Shown here piece by piece: positions 35,913 through 46,670 of a stretch of DNA of 64,000 bases. Under the pieces are notes generated by a model, which made no database searches, was not told the DNA's origin, and saw only the letters and a program-made list of their open reading frames with translations. The stretch covers positions 620,001 to 684,000 of the forward strand of contig NW_027191458.1 in NCBI RefSeq assembly GCF_011745625.1, read 5' to 3'. The translations under genes were made by a program, and so were the position numbers. The DNA comes from Cladosporium halotolerans (lineage: Eukaryota). Within the stretch, counting starts at the first letter, position 1; every line of letters begins with the position of its first letter.

Positions 35913-38173
35913 ATGACCGACTGGCTGACTCCTCCAAGCTCGCCCGTCACACCCACGCGCCTCACCCTCCCCATCACTCCGCGTCGCAAGGTCTTCCCCA
36001 TCAACCCGCCCGGCTACGTGAGCCCGACCATGGCCATCAACAGCGACCCGGCCGACCCGGCCGTGCGCGAAGAGAACCACCTGCCTCCCAAGAGCTACGC
36101 CGACGCCGCCGAGGAAGCGCTCCAGCACGATGACGACGACGTGTTCGACGAGGCCGCGATTAAGGAGACGCCGCCGCCGAGCAGTGGTCCGCGCAACCAT
36201 GGGGAGCCTCGGCCGCTTGGCGAGGTGATCGAAGAGGACGAGATGTCGCTACCGCCCAATAGCCCGACCCTGCGCCATGTCGTCGGTAGGCTGGAGAGGA
36301 ATGGAAGCAATGGCCACAGCTACGCGGGTGCCGTGAAAGAGACCGAGCCGACATCACCGCACGTCGACGAGCAGAACGGGACCAGTTATGGCGACGCGAA
36401 GAAAGAATCGCAGTCGACTGCCACTCCAGGCGAAGATGCCCAGAATGGCCACAGCTATGCCGACGCAGTGAAAGATGAGGAGCCCACTTCTCCGCATGTC
36501 GACGAGCAGAATGGATCCAGCCTTGTCGACGCGAAGAAAAAATCTCAACCGACTACCGCTCCTAGCGAAGATGTCCAAAATGGTCATAGCTACGCTGACG
36601 CAGTGAAAGACGAGGAGCCCACTTCTCCGCATGTCGACGAGCAGAATGGAGATCTCATCAATGGCGGCGCTGCTTCCAAGGACGACGCGCCTACAAGCTA
36701 CAGCGGCGTCGGCAGTGATGACACTCCTCGCTCGCCAACCCCGAAGAAAGCTCACAAGCGCGTCTCATCGCGCTCCCTCAATGGGACCGCCAGCAAGCAG
36801 GCCCAGCAGGCGAAGAACGACGGCGTGATGGAATATCAGCGCGAGTGGCAGAAGGGCTACCAACCAAATGCTGCTGAAAACGGCAACGGAATCGGAATTG
36901 TTTTTGAGGAGAAGTATAGGAGCAAATCTGGACAAAACCTCGTCACGGCGCAGGCTAAGGACCAATTCGAGAACGCCAGCCTGCAACAGCGAGAAAACAA
37001 GGACATCACTACCGAGCCGGATGCGAAGCCTAGACGCCAGAGACAGAATAGCGAGCTGGTCTCGGGTCGTCGTGCTGGCGCCGGCTGGTCTCAATCTGCG
37101 ATTCGCTGGGCTCCTTTGAACGTTCCTCTGCAGCGTCGTCTACAAACCCTGATGGTTCTGGTTCACACACTCTCCATTGCTGGCGGTCTGGCACTGTTCT
37201 TCCTCTTGTGCACAATCCCGCTTCTGTGGCCGATCCTTCTCCCCTACCTAATCTACGTTTTGCTCTCAAATGCTGGCACATCAGGTGAACTTAGCCATCG
37301 TTCAGAGTGGCTGCGACACAGCCGCATCTGGTCGCTCTTCGCCTCCTATTTCCCCGCCCGACTTCACAGAACGGTGCCACTGGAGCCCACCCGGAAATAC
37401 ATCTTCGGCTACCACCCGCACGGCATCATCTCCCACGGCGCCTTCGCCGCCTTCGCCACTGAAGCCCTCGGATTCAGCCAACTCTTCCCGGGCATCACCA
37501 ACACCCTCCTCACCCTCGACTCCAACTTCCGCATCCCGCTCTACCGCGACTACGCCCTGCGCATGGGCCTCGCGTCCGTCTCGCGCGAAAGCTGCGAGAA
37601 CATTCTCTCCAAGGGCGGCCGCAACGGCGAGGGCATGGGCCGCGCCATCACGATCGTCGTGGGCGGCGCGCGCGAGTCCCTCGACGCCAAGCCGGGCTCG
37701 CTCAAGCTCGTTCTCAAGAAGCGCAAGGGTTTCGTCAAGCTCGCGATCCGACAGGGCGCCGACCTGGTGCCTGTGATCGCGTTCGGCGAGAACGATTTGT
37801 ACGACCAGTTCGACTCGAACAGCCACCCTTACGTGCACAAGGCGCAGCTGCTCGTCAAGAAGTTCGCGGGCTTTACTGTGCCTCTGTTCCACGCTCGTGG
37901 TAAGTTCAGACTCCCCTTTCAACCTATTCATACACAGACCCGCTGACAGGAATAACAGGTGTTTTCAACTACGACGTCGGCCTCATGCCCTACCGTCGCC
38001 CCGTTAACATCGTCGTCGGCCAGCCCATCCCCATCCAGCAAATGAAGAACCCTGATCCCGCGTACGTCGAAAAGATCCACGAGCAGTACATGGACGAGCT
38101 CGTGCGCACGTGGGACGAGTGGAAGGATACGTTCGCTCGAACGCGGTTGAGTGAGATGGAGATCCTGGAATGA
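35913..38173 (+). CDS. DGA1: Diacylglycerol O-acyltransferase 2 with long repetitive N-terminus; intron 37900-37958
   Basis: WAPLNVPLQRRLQT, YFP, YIFGYHPHGII, GGARESL, RKGFVKLA, FGENDLY, GLMPYRRP. Start may instead be ATG 36030. Confidence 0.9.
36309..36650 (+). repeat. 135-bp (45-aa) coding tandem repeat, ~2.5 copies, in the DGA1 N-terminus
   Basis: Units start at 36309, 36444 and 36579: NGHSYA(G/D)AVK..EPTSPHVDEQNG. Confidence 0.95.
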
Positions 38174-39497
38174 TCGTCCTTTTCGTCCGGGCACTCGTTT
38201 CTCGTTTCTTTCCTTTTCGGCCGGGATGATGATAACGATGGGTGGTTGGGCGGTCTGGAATCCAGTTTCGGACCGGGACCGGTCGTGAATTGCGTATGCA
38301 GCGTCATGGCTCGCTGATCGTGTTGTTGAATCATTATGCAAAATTGGGCCGGCATGGCTTGTACAGTACTTTGCGCACCAGTGATACCTTACGGCTGTGG
38401 CGAGGGGCATTTGAGGCCTTAATGTATTGTCCATTTGATTGACACCTTCGACGAATTCCGGGTTGACCCGTCCTTCTTGCTCATCATCACGTACCTTCTT
38501 CGACTATGTCTTCAGCCATCTTGACAATGATGATTGAGCGAGCATTTGAGAGAAATGAAGACAATTGCGGAGAGCAAGGCTCTCGATCGATCCTTGTTGA
38601 CATTCTGACGCTGTCCAACCGAAGCACTGATCATTGGGTTGAAATCGTAGCAACACGGCCTCGATCATTTCAAGCGTTGGCGTTGGTCGTTCAATGGACA
38701 TCGATCCATTGATGCTCCAATCGAACCCAACGCGCATCGTTCGCCCAATCCGTTCGTCGATATTGACAAGACACTAGCGTCGTCTCCATTCTAGCCAACG
38801 AGAGAGCAGCCCGGAGATGAATTCTTTTTGTCGGTTGAACTCGACGCGCATCGTGCTGGAGTACTGGATGTAAGAATGAATAGTGAGCTGACCTGAGCAA
38901 AAAATTAGCGCCGTCTTGGATTAGGACAATCATAGAGCGGGATTTTGACTCGAGGTGGGGACCGTAAGTCGAATGGGACGCGTGTGGGATTTTCTTGAAG
39001 CAAAAACACAGACGACAGGTGCCGTTGCGTTTGTTTCTGAGTGAGTATCTCGGTGAACCATGTATCTGCAGGTCTTGAAGATGTCGTCAGCGCCCGGAGA
39101 CGATTTGTCAATATCTTCTCGAAGTACGGATGGCTTCTGGCCTGTCTATCTTCTATCTAACCTGCCTCTCAGCATCTATTCATCTCCCCATTCAACTTGT
39201 CATCTTTCCAATATCTCGTTGACCTACAGGACGATAGATCCATTCCCTACATCTCCTCGTCGCCTCATCGCGACGCATCAGAGCATTGCTCCTCGAATTG
39301 ACGGAGCCCCACGACGAAGACCCGTGGATGGCGAAGTCAAGTCGCCAGCCAGCCGGCGACTACCTATCCATTCCGATCAACGCTGTCTCCACACATCCAG
39401 AGACAAAGTATGCCAGACTCGTCACGTCAGAGCACGAACACGACACAGCCGCGACAGCGTGCACTCTCCCACCTCAGGAAAAAAGCCGATCGCACGC

Positions 39498-41063
39498 TCA
39501 ACACATAAACATCTTCGTCGTGCTCACGTTCAACCGACTCCACTTCCTCCCCAGCACGAGCGCGAGCGCAAACTGCACCGGCCAGTAGACGTGGTACAGC
39601 CACCACGCGGGCCAGGGGTCCCAGAGCTCGAACGTGCCGTCTTTCCAGAACAGCAGGTGGTCGACGAACGTGGACACGTTCTCCGACGCTTCCGACAGAT
39701 TCGACCCGGAGCCCGTGAGCAGGCGGAGCAGCGGCAGCAGGAGCAGCTCGACGAGGTCGTGCCCGGCCCAGTAGTACTTCTTCGTCGGGGCGGCGGGGAA
39801 GATGGGCTGCTTGGCGAGGCCGTTCGTGAGGCCGTTCTTGCTGGCGCGCTCGAGCTGGGAGCGGGAGGAGGGCTCGCCCAGGACCTCGAGATAGGCGTCG
39901 GCCATCTCGGGCGTGTCGTTGAAGAGCGCGACGGCCGTGTGCGCGCGCGGGTTGCACTCGATGGGGTGCAGGCGGACGCTGCGCGTGGGGTCCTTGAGGC
40001 CGGCTTCGGCCTCGCTCATCTCCACGAGGAAGTCGAAGCTCAGGTGGCCGGTGAACGAGTCGCCGGCGGCGGCGGCGAGCTCCTGCGTGAAGCGCAGCAT
40101 GCTCTGCGAGAGGCCGGAGTTCGCGGGCAGGGCCTCGTAGTGCATGAGGAGCTCGGCGGAGGGGCAGGCGACGAAGACTTTGACCTCGCCGCGGATGACG
40201 AGCGCGTGCGTGCAGTATTCTGGGCCGGCGATGTACTGCTGCAGGATCCAGGGGCGGTCTTCGGAGATGGGCAGGCGGGAGATGTGGGCTTTTGTGGCGG
40301 CGGGGGTGTCGAAGGGGAGGAGGGTCATGTCGGCGCGGACGGAGTCGTCAGTGCCGATGTATTTCATGATGTACTTCATGCCTGCTCGCTTGCCCTTCTC
40401 TGCTGTCGCTTCGTCGAGCATCTTGAGAGCTGCTGCTTTAGAGGTGATCGTGTGCGTGTCCGGAGTAGGCAGGCCGATGCTCTTGGTGTACTCGATGAAG
40501 GAATGCTTCTCGTGTAGCTTCTTCGTATTCGTAACGTCAAACTGAATCGCCTTGCACTTTGTCACCAGCTCCACCATCTCTTTAGCCTCGCCGTCCTCAA
40601 TGGCAGATGCAACGCCCGAGCACGACACCCAAATGTCCACGTTCTCCTTGCGGATGATATCCAAGATGCTCTGTGTGTACTTTGCGCTGCCATCTGCGCC
40701 AGGTTTCTCCAGGCGGTGGAAGGCCTTAAGAGCTTTGGACGTTCGTCCACAGGATACGGGTAGCAGAAGAGGCTCAAAATCAGCTCCAATGACAGTGTGA
40801 CCAGCCGCGAAAAAGTTGCGTGCCAGTGCAAGGCCCTTGGTCATGCCGACGCCGGTGACAAGAATCGTCTTGGTCGGACGAATAGGCGTATAAGGAGAGC
40901 GAATGGCACGGCGGTGCTTCTCGGCCCATGACTTTTTGAACAGCCCGACAAACACGCTGGCGCCTAAGATAAATGTATCCAGAGGGAGAAAGACGAAGCT
41001 GAGGAGGAGCAGGGCGGCATTCTGGGCAGCGTGTGCCAGCCGAGAAGAGGATGCGTCCAGCAT
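39498..41063 (-). CDS. mysC: ATP-grasp ligase of mycosporine biosynthesis (MysC-like)
   Basis: TILVTGVGMTKGLALAR, PWILQQYIAGPEYCTHALV, GHLSFDF, PIECNPRAHTA, DGTFELWDPWP; clustered with OMT and DDGS genes. Confidence 0.88.
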   Translation of the reverse strand: MLDASSSRLAHAAQNAALLLLSFVFLPLDTFILGASVFVGLFKKSWAEKHRRAIRSPYTPIRPTKTILVTGVGMTKGLALARNFFAAGHTVIGADFEPLLLPVSCGRTSKALKAFHRLEKPGADGSAKYTQSILDIIRKENVDIWVSCSGVASAIEDGEAKEMVELVTKCKAIQFDVTNTKKLHEKHSFIEYTKSIGLPTPDTHTITSKAAALKMLDEATAEKGKRAGMKYIMKYIGTDDSVRADMTLLPFDTPAATKAHISRLPISEDRPWILQQYIAGPEYCTHALVIRGEVKVFVACPSAELLMHYEALPANSGLSQSMLRFTQELAAAAGDSFTGHLSFDFLVEMSEAEAGLKDPTRSVRLHPIECNPRAHTAVALFNDTPEMADAYLEVLGEPSSRSQLERASKNGLTNGLAKQPIFPAAPTKKYYWAGHDLVELLLLPLLRLLTGSGSNLSEASENVSTFVDHLLFWKDGTFELWDPWPAWWLYHVYWPVQFALALVLGRKWSRLNVSTTKMFMC

Positions 41064-41697
41064 GCCGGCAGGGCGAGCGGCGCGACTGCTTCAGTCGAGA
41101 TGTAACTGTGAATCTATAATATGAAAGAAGAAGAATTACAAGAGAAGTTTGCTGTAGGCACGGGTTGAGTGGGCACGGGTAGTGTCGGTCGGCCAGTCAG
41201 TGGCCGATTGTATGAGGTTACGTCATGATTGGCACGCATTCTTGGAGCATTGATAGGCTGGGGAGGCTGACGGGCGCAAACTGGACTGCTGGGGCGGTAT
41301 TCGCACCGGTAGATATGCTGGTGGGGGTGTGTTGCAGCAGGGTGGCACAGGGAGACTGCACGACACAGGGAGTGTGATAGAGAACGGAGGACGGGGCTGC
41401 GAGCCGGAGTTGCTGGTGCTCGCTGAGTTCGGCGTCTGCCTCCGGCGCAGCTGACAGGAGCGCTCGCGAGATCACAGCGCGGCGAGACTCAGCCTGCTGG
41501 GAAGCAGGTGTTTCGCAAACATCGTCTATCCAATTTTGTACCTTGCGCGAGGCACTCCGCTATCTTCCTCGTGAAGCCGTCTGGCAACCGATTCTACCGC
41601 GTTTCTGGTCGCACGTGCACGGCGCGTCGACCGCGGCCTGACCGCTCTTCTGCTCCCATCCATCAACCCTCCGCAAAAGCGCCCACCGCCACGGTAC

Positions 41698-42671
41698 TTA
41701 TGATTCCTCGCCGACGCAACGTGTGATCTCAACGCCATCCTGTCTCGAATGTCAGCCGCCTTGTCCTCAACTACCCACATCCGGCAAATGCGACTTACCG
41801 GCACGCCGGTTGGCTCGAAGCTGTTGACCAGCTCGCTCTTGTAGATCAAGTTCGGGTTGCCTTGGGACAGGTGGAGCTGCTCCTGTCCTTGTCTCTTTGC
41901 GTACTGACCAGCAGTCTTGTCCGCGAATCGTGCATCGGGGCCGGACTCTCCGTTTGATTTCGTGATCGCCTCGCGCTTCTCCGCCACGCTGCTCCTGACG
42001 TACTCCAGGTAGGGCGGGTTGCCGGGCTTGATCACATTGTCCGCTGCCAGCACGCTGCCCGGTGTGACCAGCTTCAGCTCCTCGCAGAGCTTCAAGTCAG
42101 TCTTGTACGCAGGCTTGTAGTGGTCAAGGAACATCAGGTCGATGTGCTTCAGGGTTCCGGAGTCGTACAGACGCTTGATCGAGGCGTCGCTCGAGCCAAT
42201 CTCAACCTTGACAACATCACTCAGGCCTGCGAGAGAAACGAGAGCAATGATGACCGCGCCGAACACGGGATCGCGCTCCAGACTCCAGAAGCGCTTGCCA
42301 CCGGCCTTGCGCACGGCGTTGCCAAAAAGGATGCAGGAGTAACCGATGTACCCACCGAGTTCGACCTACCTTTTCCATCAGCCAAAGGGCGCGGCTGCGA
42401 GGGTTTCTACAGGGCAGCTGACCATGGTTTGCGGCTTGACCTCTGCGATCAGATTGCTGACGATCTTGCCCTTGTCTTCGCCGACGTTCATCAGATACTT
42501 CTGTGTGCGACCATACTCGTCGATGGCGGCCAGCACCTTCTCTGGCGAGCCGCGGATCTCGTCGATGTCAGGCTTGTCGTAGATGAAGCGAAGGAGCTCG
42601 GTCTCGCGGCCGTCGTCGAAGAAGACGTCCTCCTGGGAGGCGTAGGCCTTGGACTCGTCGAATTGCGACAT
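41698..42671 (-). CDS. mysB: Catechol-type SAM O-methyltransferase (MysB-like); exons 42671-42423, 42365-41799, 41739-41698
   Basis: YLMNVGEDKG, M|VELGGYIGYS, MFLDHYKPAY, LAADNVIKPGNPPY. Two canonical introns. Confidence 0.85.
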
Positions 42672-44219
42672 TGCGTGTCAATTGCTGGAATATTGTCTTG
42701 ACGGATATACGCTGGGAAGCTCAATTCGTCCTCAAGATACAGAGGTTGGGCAAGAGAGGCAGTAGAAAATTTTGGCAAGGACACGAGCGACGGCAGCACC
42801 AGCTGGACATTTTGCACGCGATCGGCATCTGTCAACAACCACACGACCGCATCGTCACGGCCGAGCGCGGCGTGGGCTCGCCGACAGCTGCCTCCGCAGC
42901 TCGTTGCTTCGTTGCGACACGGCGGGGCAAGGTGGGGCACAAAAGCAGAGGCAAGCCTGCAAGCCCGCAGCGCGCACGAAATCCGCGGCGTCGGAGCACA
43001 CTCCACCGCCCATCTCGCCCTGCCAGCACGACCACGCTGCGTTCATCCTCTCGTCATCACCCAGCGCAAACGGCTTAGGCCTGGGCATAACGACGAGTCT
43101 ATTGCATGGCAGGGCCATTCTATTACAGGCACTGCCGCGTTAATCCCAGGCCCCCACTCCTCCAGCAGGGCTGCGAGCCGCGTGCGCGACATACCTGGCA
43201 GAAATCCTCCGACCAACCGCGTCGACCTGCGTGACGAGAGCGCCTCGTCCCTGGCCATTGGGAAGCAATCGCCCGTCCGTCTGAACCCTGCTGCTTCCGT
43301 GATCGCCTGTGTTGCTCGGCTCTTCACACGCTTCGCTGCATCCATACGCAGGGGCGGCCGGCACCAGAGGCTACTACGCGTGCCGTGATCGCATTGTTTG
43401 CAATACAATACATCATGACTTCGCGCTACGCAACGCAAAACGACATCGCTCCCCACAGTATTGGCCTGTCTGGGCGGGTCCCGGGCCCGTCTTTCACATC
43501 TGATCGCCTACAACGGCTGCACGGGCCAGACGTCAGATCTCAGCGAGCTGCTCGCTAGCGCGATCTCGCAGGCCCACCAACGTGGGGGGATCTTGTCGAT
43601 GAGCGCCATCCGACTGGCCTGCCCTGACATGCAGTCAACACAAGCGCACATGCTAGGGTTTGCGTTCCAGATTACCTTTCAATGGCAGCGTGCCACACTG
43701 TCAATCCTACCATCTTGGGCTGCGGCGTCACCATTGTCGCCATCATCACTACTGCACCCTGTTGCATCTGCCACACGCTATCCCTGCCTGCAGCCTGCAA
43801 CCCATCATCACCACGCGGTCACTCGTGCTGAGAAGACTGGATACCTGTTTTAGATTTCCTGTGGAACGCTTGGACGAGGCCCTAGACGCTTCGCTCCATA
43901 TCCATCCCACCGAACCGAGTGCACCGGCCAGGCCCACGGTCTGTAGCTTTGCGCGGCATTGGTGGGGTGATGTCGACGATTCCACTCGTGCTAATTCATG
44001 GGCGTCTTCCATCATCTATGACTTTCCCATCTTGATCGTCACTGATCGGCGAGCAGCGCTGGAGAGCTCCCCGACGTACATGTAGGAGCTCCCCTTCCGT
44101 CTCAAGTTCAACAACTTTTTTTTCCCACCTCCCACCTCTCCTCAACCCCTCCTCCCCATTTTCCCACCACCCACATTCTTCATCACCCCCCTCCCGATAC
44201 TTTCCACAAGTCGCCCATC
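42672..44219. promoter_or_regulatory. Divergent (bidirectional) promoter region between mysB and mysA
   Basis: Head-to-head ATGs at 42671(-) and 44220(+). Pyrimidine-rich tract at 44115-44200. TGATCG at 43300, 43386, 43501, 44033 and 44043. Confidence 0.6.
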
Positions 44220-45926
44220 ATGTCTGATATGTCAGCTCAGGTCGTGGAGACCAAGCAAGGTTTCCACGTCGAGGGATATGAGAAGATCGAGTACGACTTC
44301 TCTTTCACCGAGAACATTTTCGACAAGAACAACGATGGCCTTGCCGTTCAGTTCTCCCGTCTCAACCGCTGCCTGGCTGTCATGGACGCCAACATCTTCA
44401 ACGTCTACGGCCAGCAGCTGAAGGATTACTTCGACCACTACAACATTGAGCTCAAGGTGCACAAGACTATGATCGGCGAGAAGGCGAAGTCTATGGAGAC
44501 TCTCCTCAGCATCGTTGACTCTATGACCGAGTTCGGTGTGTACATCATATTTTTGCAGGGCATGTGAATCCGGCTAACAATCTTGTAGGCATCATCCGCA
44601 AGGAACCTGTGCTCGTCGTTGGCGGTGGCCTGGTCACCGATGTTACTGGGTAGTTCTACAATTTCACCGCAAACGATGACTTCAAGGCACTCTGGCTAAT
44701 ATGCCCTATTGGTGCTCTTTGCAAAGTCAAGAATCGTGCTAACTATCTCTCAGATTCGCTTGCGCTGCCTACCGCCGTAACACCAACTACATCCGTATCC
44801 CCACCACAGTCATTGGCCTGATCGACGCCTCCGTCTCCATCAAGGTCGCCGTCAACTACGGCAACTACAAGAACCGCCTGGGTGCCTACCACGCCCCCAA
44901 GCACACCTTCCTCGACTTCGGTTTCCTCCGTACACTCCCCACTGCGCAGATCAGGAACGGTTTCGCAGAGTTGATCAAGATTTCGAGCTGTGCTCACCTG
45001 CCCACATTCAACCTTCTCGACAAGTACGCCGAGAAGCTCATCAGCACCGCTTTCGGCCACGCCGACGGTGCCGAGCAGGAGGTCAAGGATGCGTCCGACC
45101 AGATCAACAGGGCTGGTATCCACGAGATGCTGAAGCTTGAGACACCCAACCTTCACGAGATTGGTCTTGACAGAGTCATTGCCTACGGTCACACGTATGT
45201 CCCTCTCTGTCACTCCAATATCACCCACCACTAACCTTCCCTCACAGATGGTCTCCCCTCCACGAGCTGACCCCTGAGGTTCCCCTCCGCCACGGCCACG
45301 CCATCTCCATCGACATGGCCTACTCCGCCACGCTCGCCCACATCCAGGGCTACCTCTCCGAGGAGGAGATGAAGCGCCTGCACACCCTCTTCTCGCGCTG
45401 CGGCCTGTCCATGGACCACCACCAGTTCGACGAGGAGATCCTCGACAAGGCCACGCAAGCCATTCTCAAGACGCGCGACGGCAAGCTGCGCGCGGCCGTG
45501 CCCAACCCGCTCGGCTCCTGCGCCTTCATCAACGATATCAGCAAGGACGAGCTCGCCTCCGCCCTGCGCAAGCACAAGGAGATCATGAAGAGCTACCCGC
45601 GCAACGGCGAGGGCGTCGAGGCCTACGTCGACGCCTCCGACACCGGCTACACCATGAACGAGCAGACCGCCGAGCAGAAGGTCAAGAGCTCCGTCTCCGA
45701 CGCTCTGAAGGCCTGCGTGCTGAACGACGACGTCGCCGCCGGCAAGCAGAACGGCGGCCTCGGCGCGAACAACATCGACGGCATCACGGGCAACCCGGCG
45801 GAGGCGAAGGCCAACGCTGCGGGTGCTGAGATGAATGGCCACGGCAAGGATGGGCTGAAGAACGGCCTTAAGAACGGCAACGGCACCGTCAACGGCGGCG
45901 CGCTCAACGGCTGTGGATGCCATTAG
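44220..45926 (+). CDS. mysA: Demethyl-4-deoxygadusol synthase (sedoheptulose-7-P cyclase, MysA); exons 44220-44535, 44589-44649, 44754-45194, 45248-45926
   Basis: [80 protein letters not shown]. These are DDGS-type signatures rather than DHQS or EEVS. Confidence 0.92.
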
Positions 45927-46624
45927 ATGCTGTTCTTGAGTTTTGATGCTGCATGACGACACTTTCCACAATACAATGATCTAAAGACTTGAAAAAGCAA
46001 GGATGAAAAAAAAAAGGCCCTCCTCGATATTGGAAAGATACAATTCCTAGACTTATTACATTATGTAGTCCGCTGATAGGCGCGGCACGAGGAATGAAAA
46101 ATGATTTAAGAAAGACAACTTCGTTGATCCTTGAGAGACTGTTCGTTGCCTGATTTGTTCTTGTGACGGTGAGAAGCCCGGCAGTGGAATCAGAGGCTTA
46201 GCGGATACATAGCGGTAAGGCTACGCGGTTGTTCAGTGTTAGCACATAATGCTACAATGTCTCTGCCGTCCCGCGGGCGGGTTTGGCTGGACCGAGACAT
46301 CCGGCGTCACGTCCCACCGTCGGTCTCTGTGTCTACATGGCTCATGAGCCAGTAAAGCCTCTTCGAGCACAACGGTAGGCTAACCACGTGCTTTGGACGT
46401 CAAGCTCAAAGAACATCCAAAGTGTAGGGAGGGCATCAATAGCACTGCAGCACAATCGACACAAGAAGACTGAACTCAAACGTGTGTTTTCTTCCGAGGG
46501 TATATATCTCTCTCTATAGCTCTAGCGGACCAACCTCTCTTGATTCCCCCCTCCCTCTCAAATCCGTGACAATTACAACACGCTCTCCCTCCTACTCATA
46601 CCATGCATGATTCGAATCCCCGCA

Positions 46625-46653
46625 AGCAACGCAACGCAACGCAACGCAACGCA
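46625..46653 (+). repeat. (GCAAC)n pentanucleotide microsatellite
   Basis: gcaacgcaacgcaacgcaacgcaacgcaa seen directly. Confidence 0.9.
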
Positions 46654-46670
46654 AACAGACCCAAAACCCA

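Noticed and set aside
36309..36650. CRISPR-like repeat array
   Set aside because: Eukaryotic in-frame coding tandem repeat without unique spacers or cas genes.
38500..39490. Possible fourth mys gene (mysD/mysE) or gene remnant between DGA1 and mysC
   Set aside because: Only short ORFs, with no ligase or NRPS motifs and no consistent exon chain.
39060..40517. 485-aa + strand ORF overlapping mysC
   Set aside because: Antisense shadow of a GC-rich, codon-biased gene with no recognisable motifs. The same applies to the long antisense ORFs over ERJ5, MDM20, the NMO gene and the kinesin.
34094..45926. UV-protection island (STK19-like repair factor near the mycosporine genes)
   Set aside because: Separated by DGA1, and both look like ordinary housekeeping neighbours. 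There is no evidence of co-regulation.
44220..45926. 3-dehydroquinate synthase or EEVS (gadusol/validamycin route)
   Set aside because: Fungal DHQS is part of the pentafunctional AROM protein. The [17 protein letters not shown] motif and the OMT/ATP-grasp neighbours fit DDGS.
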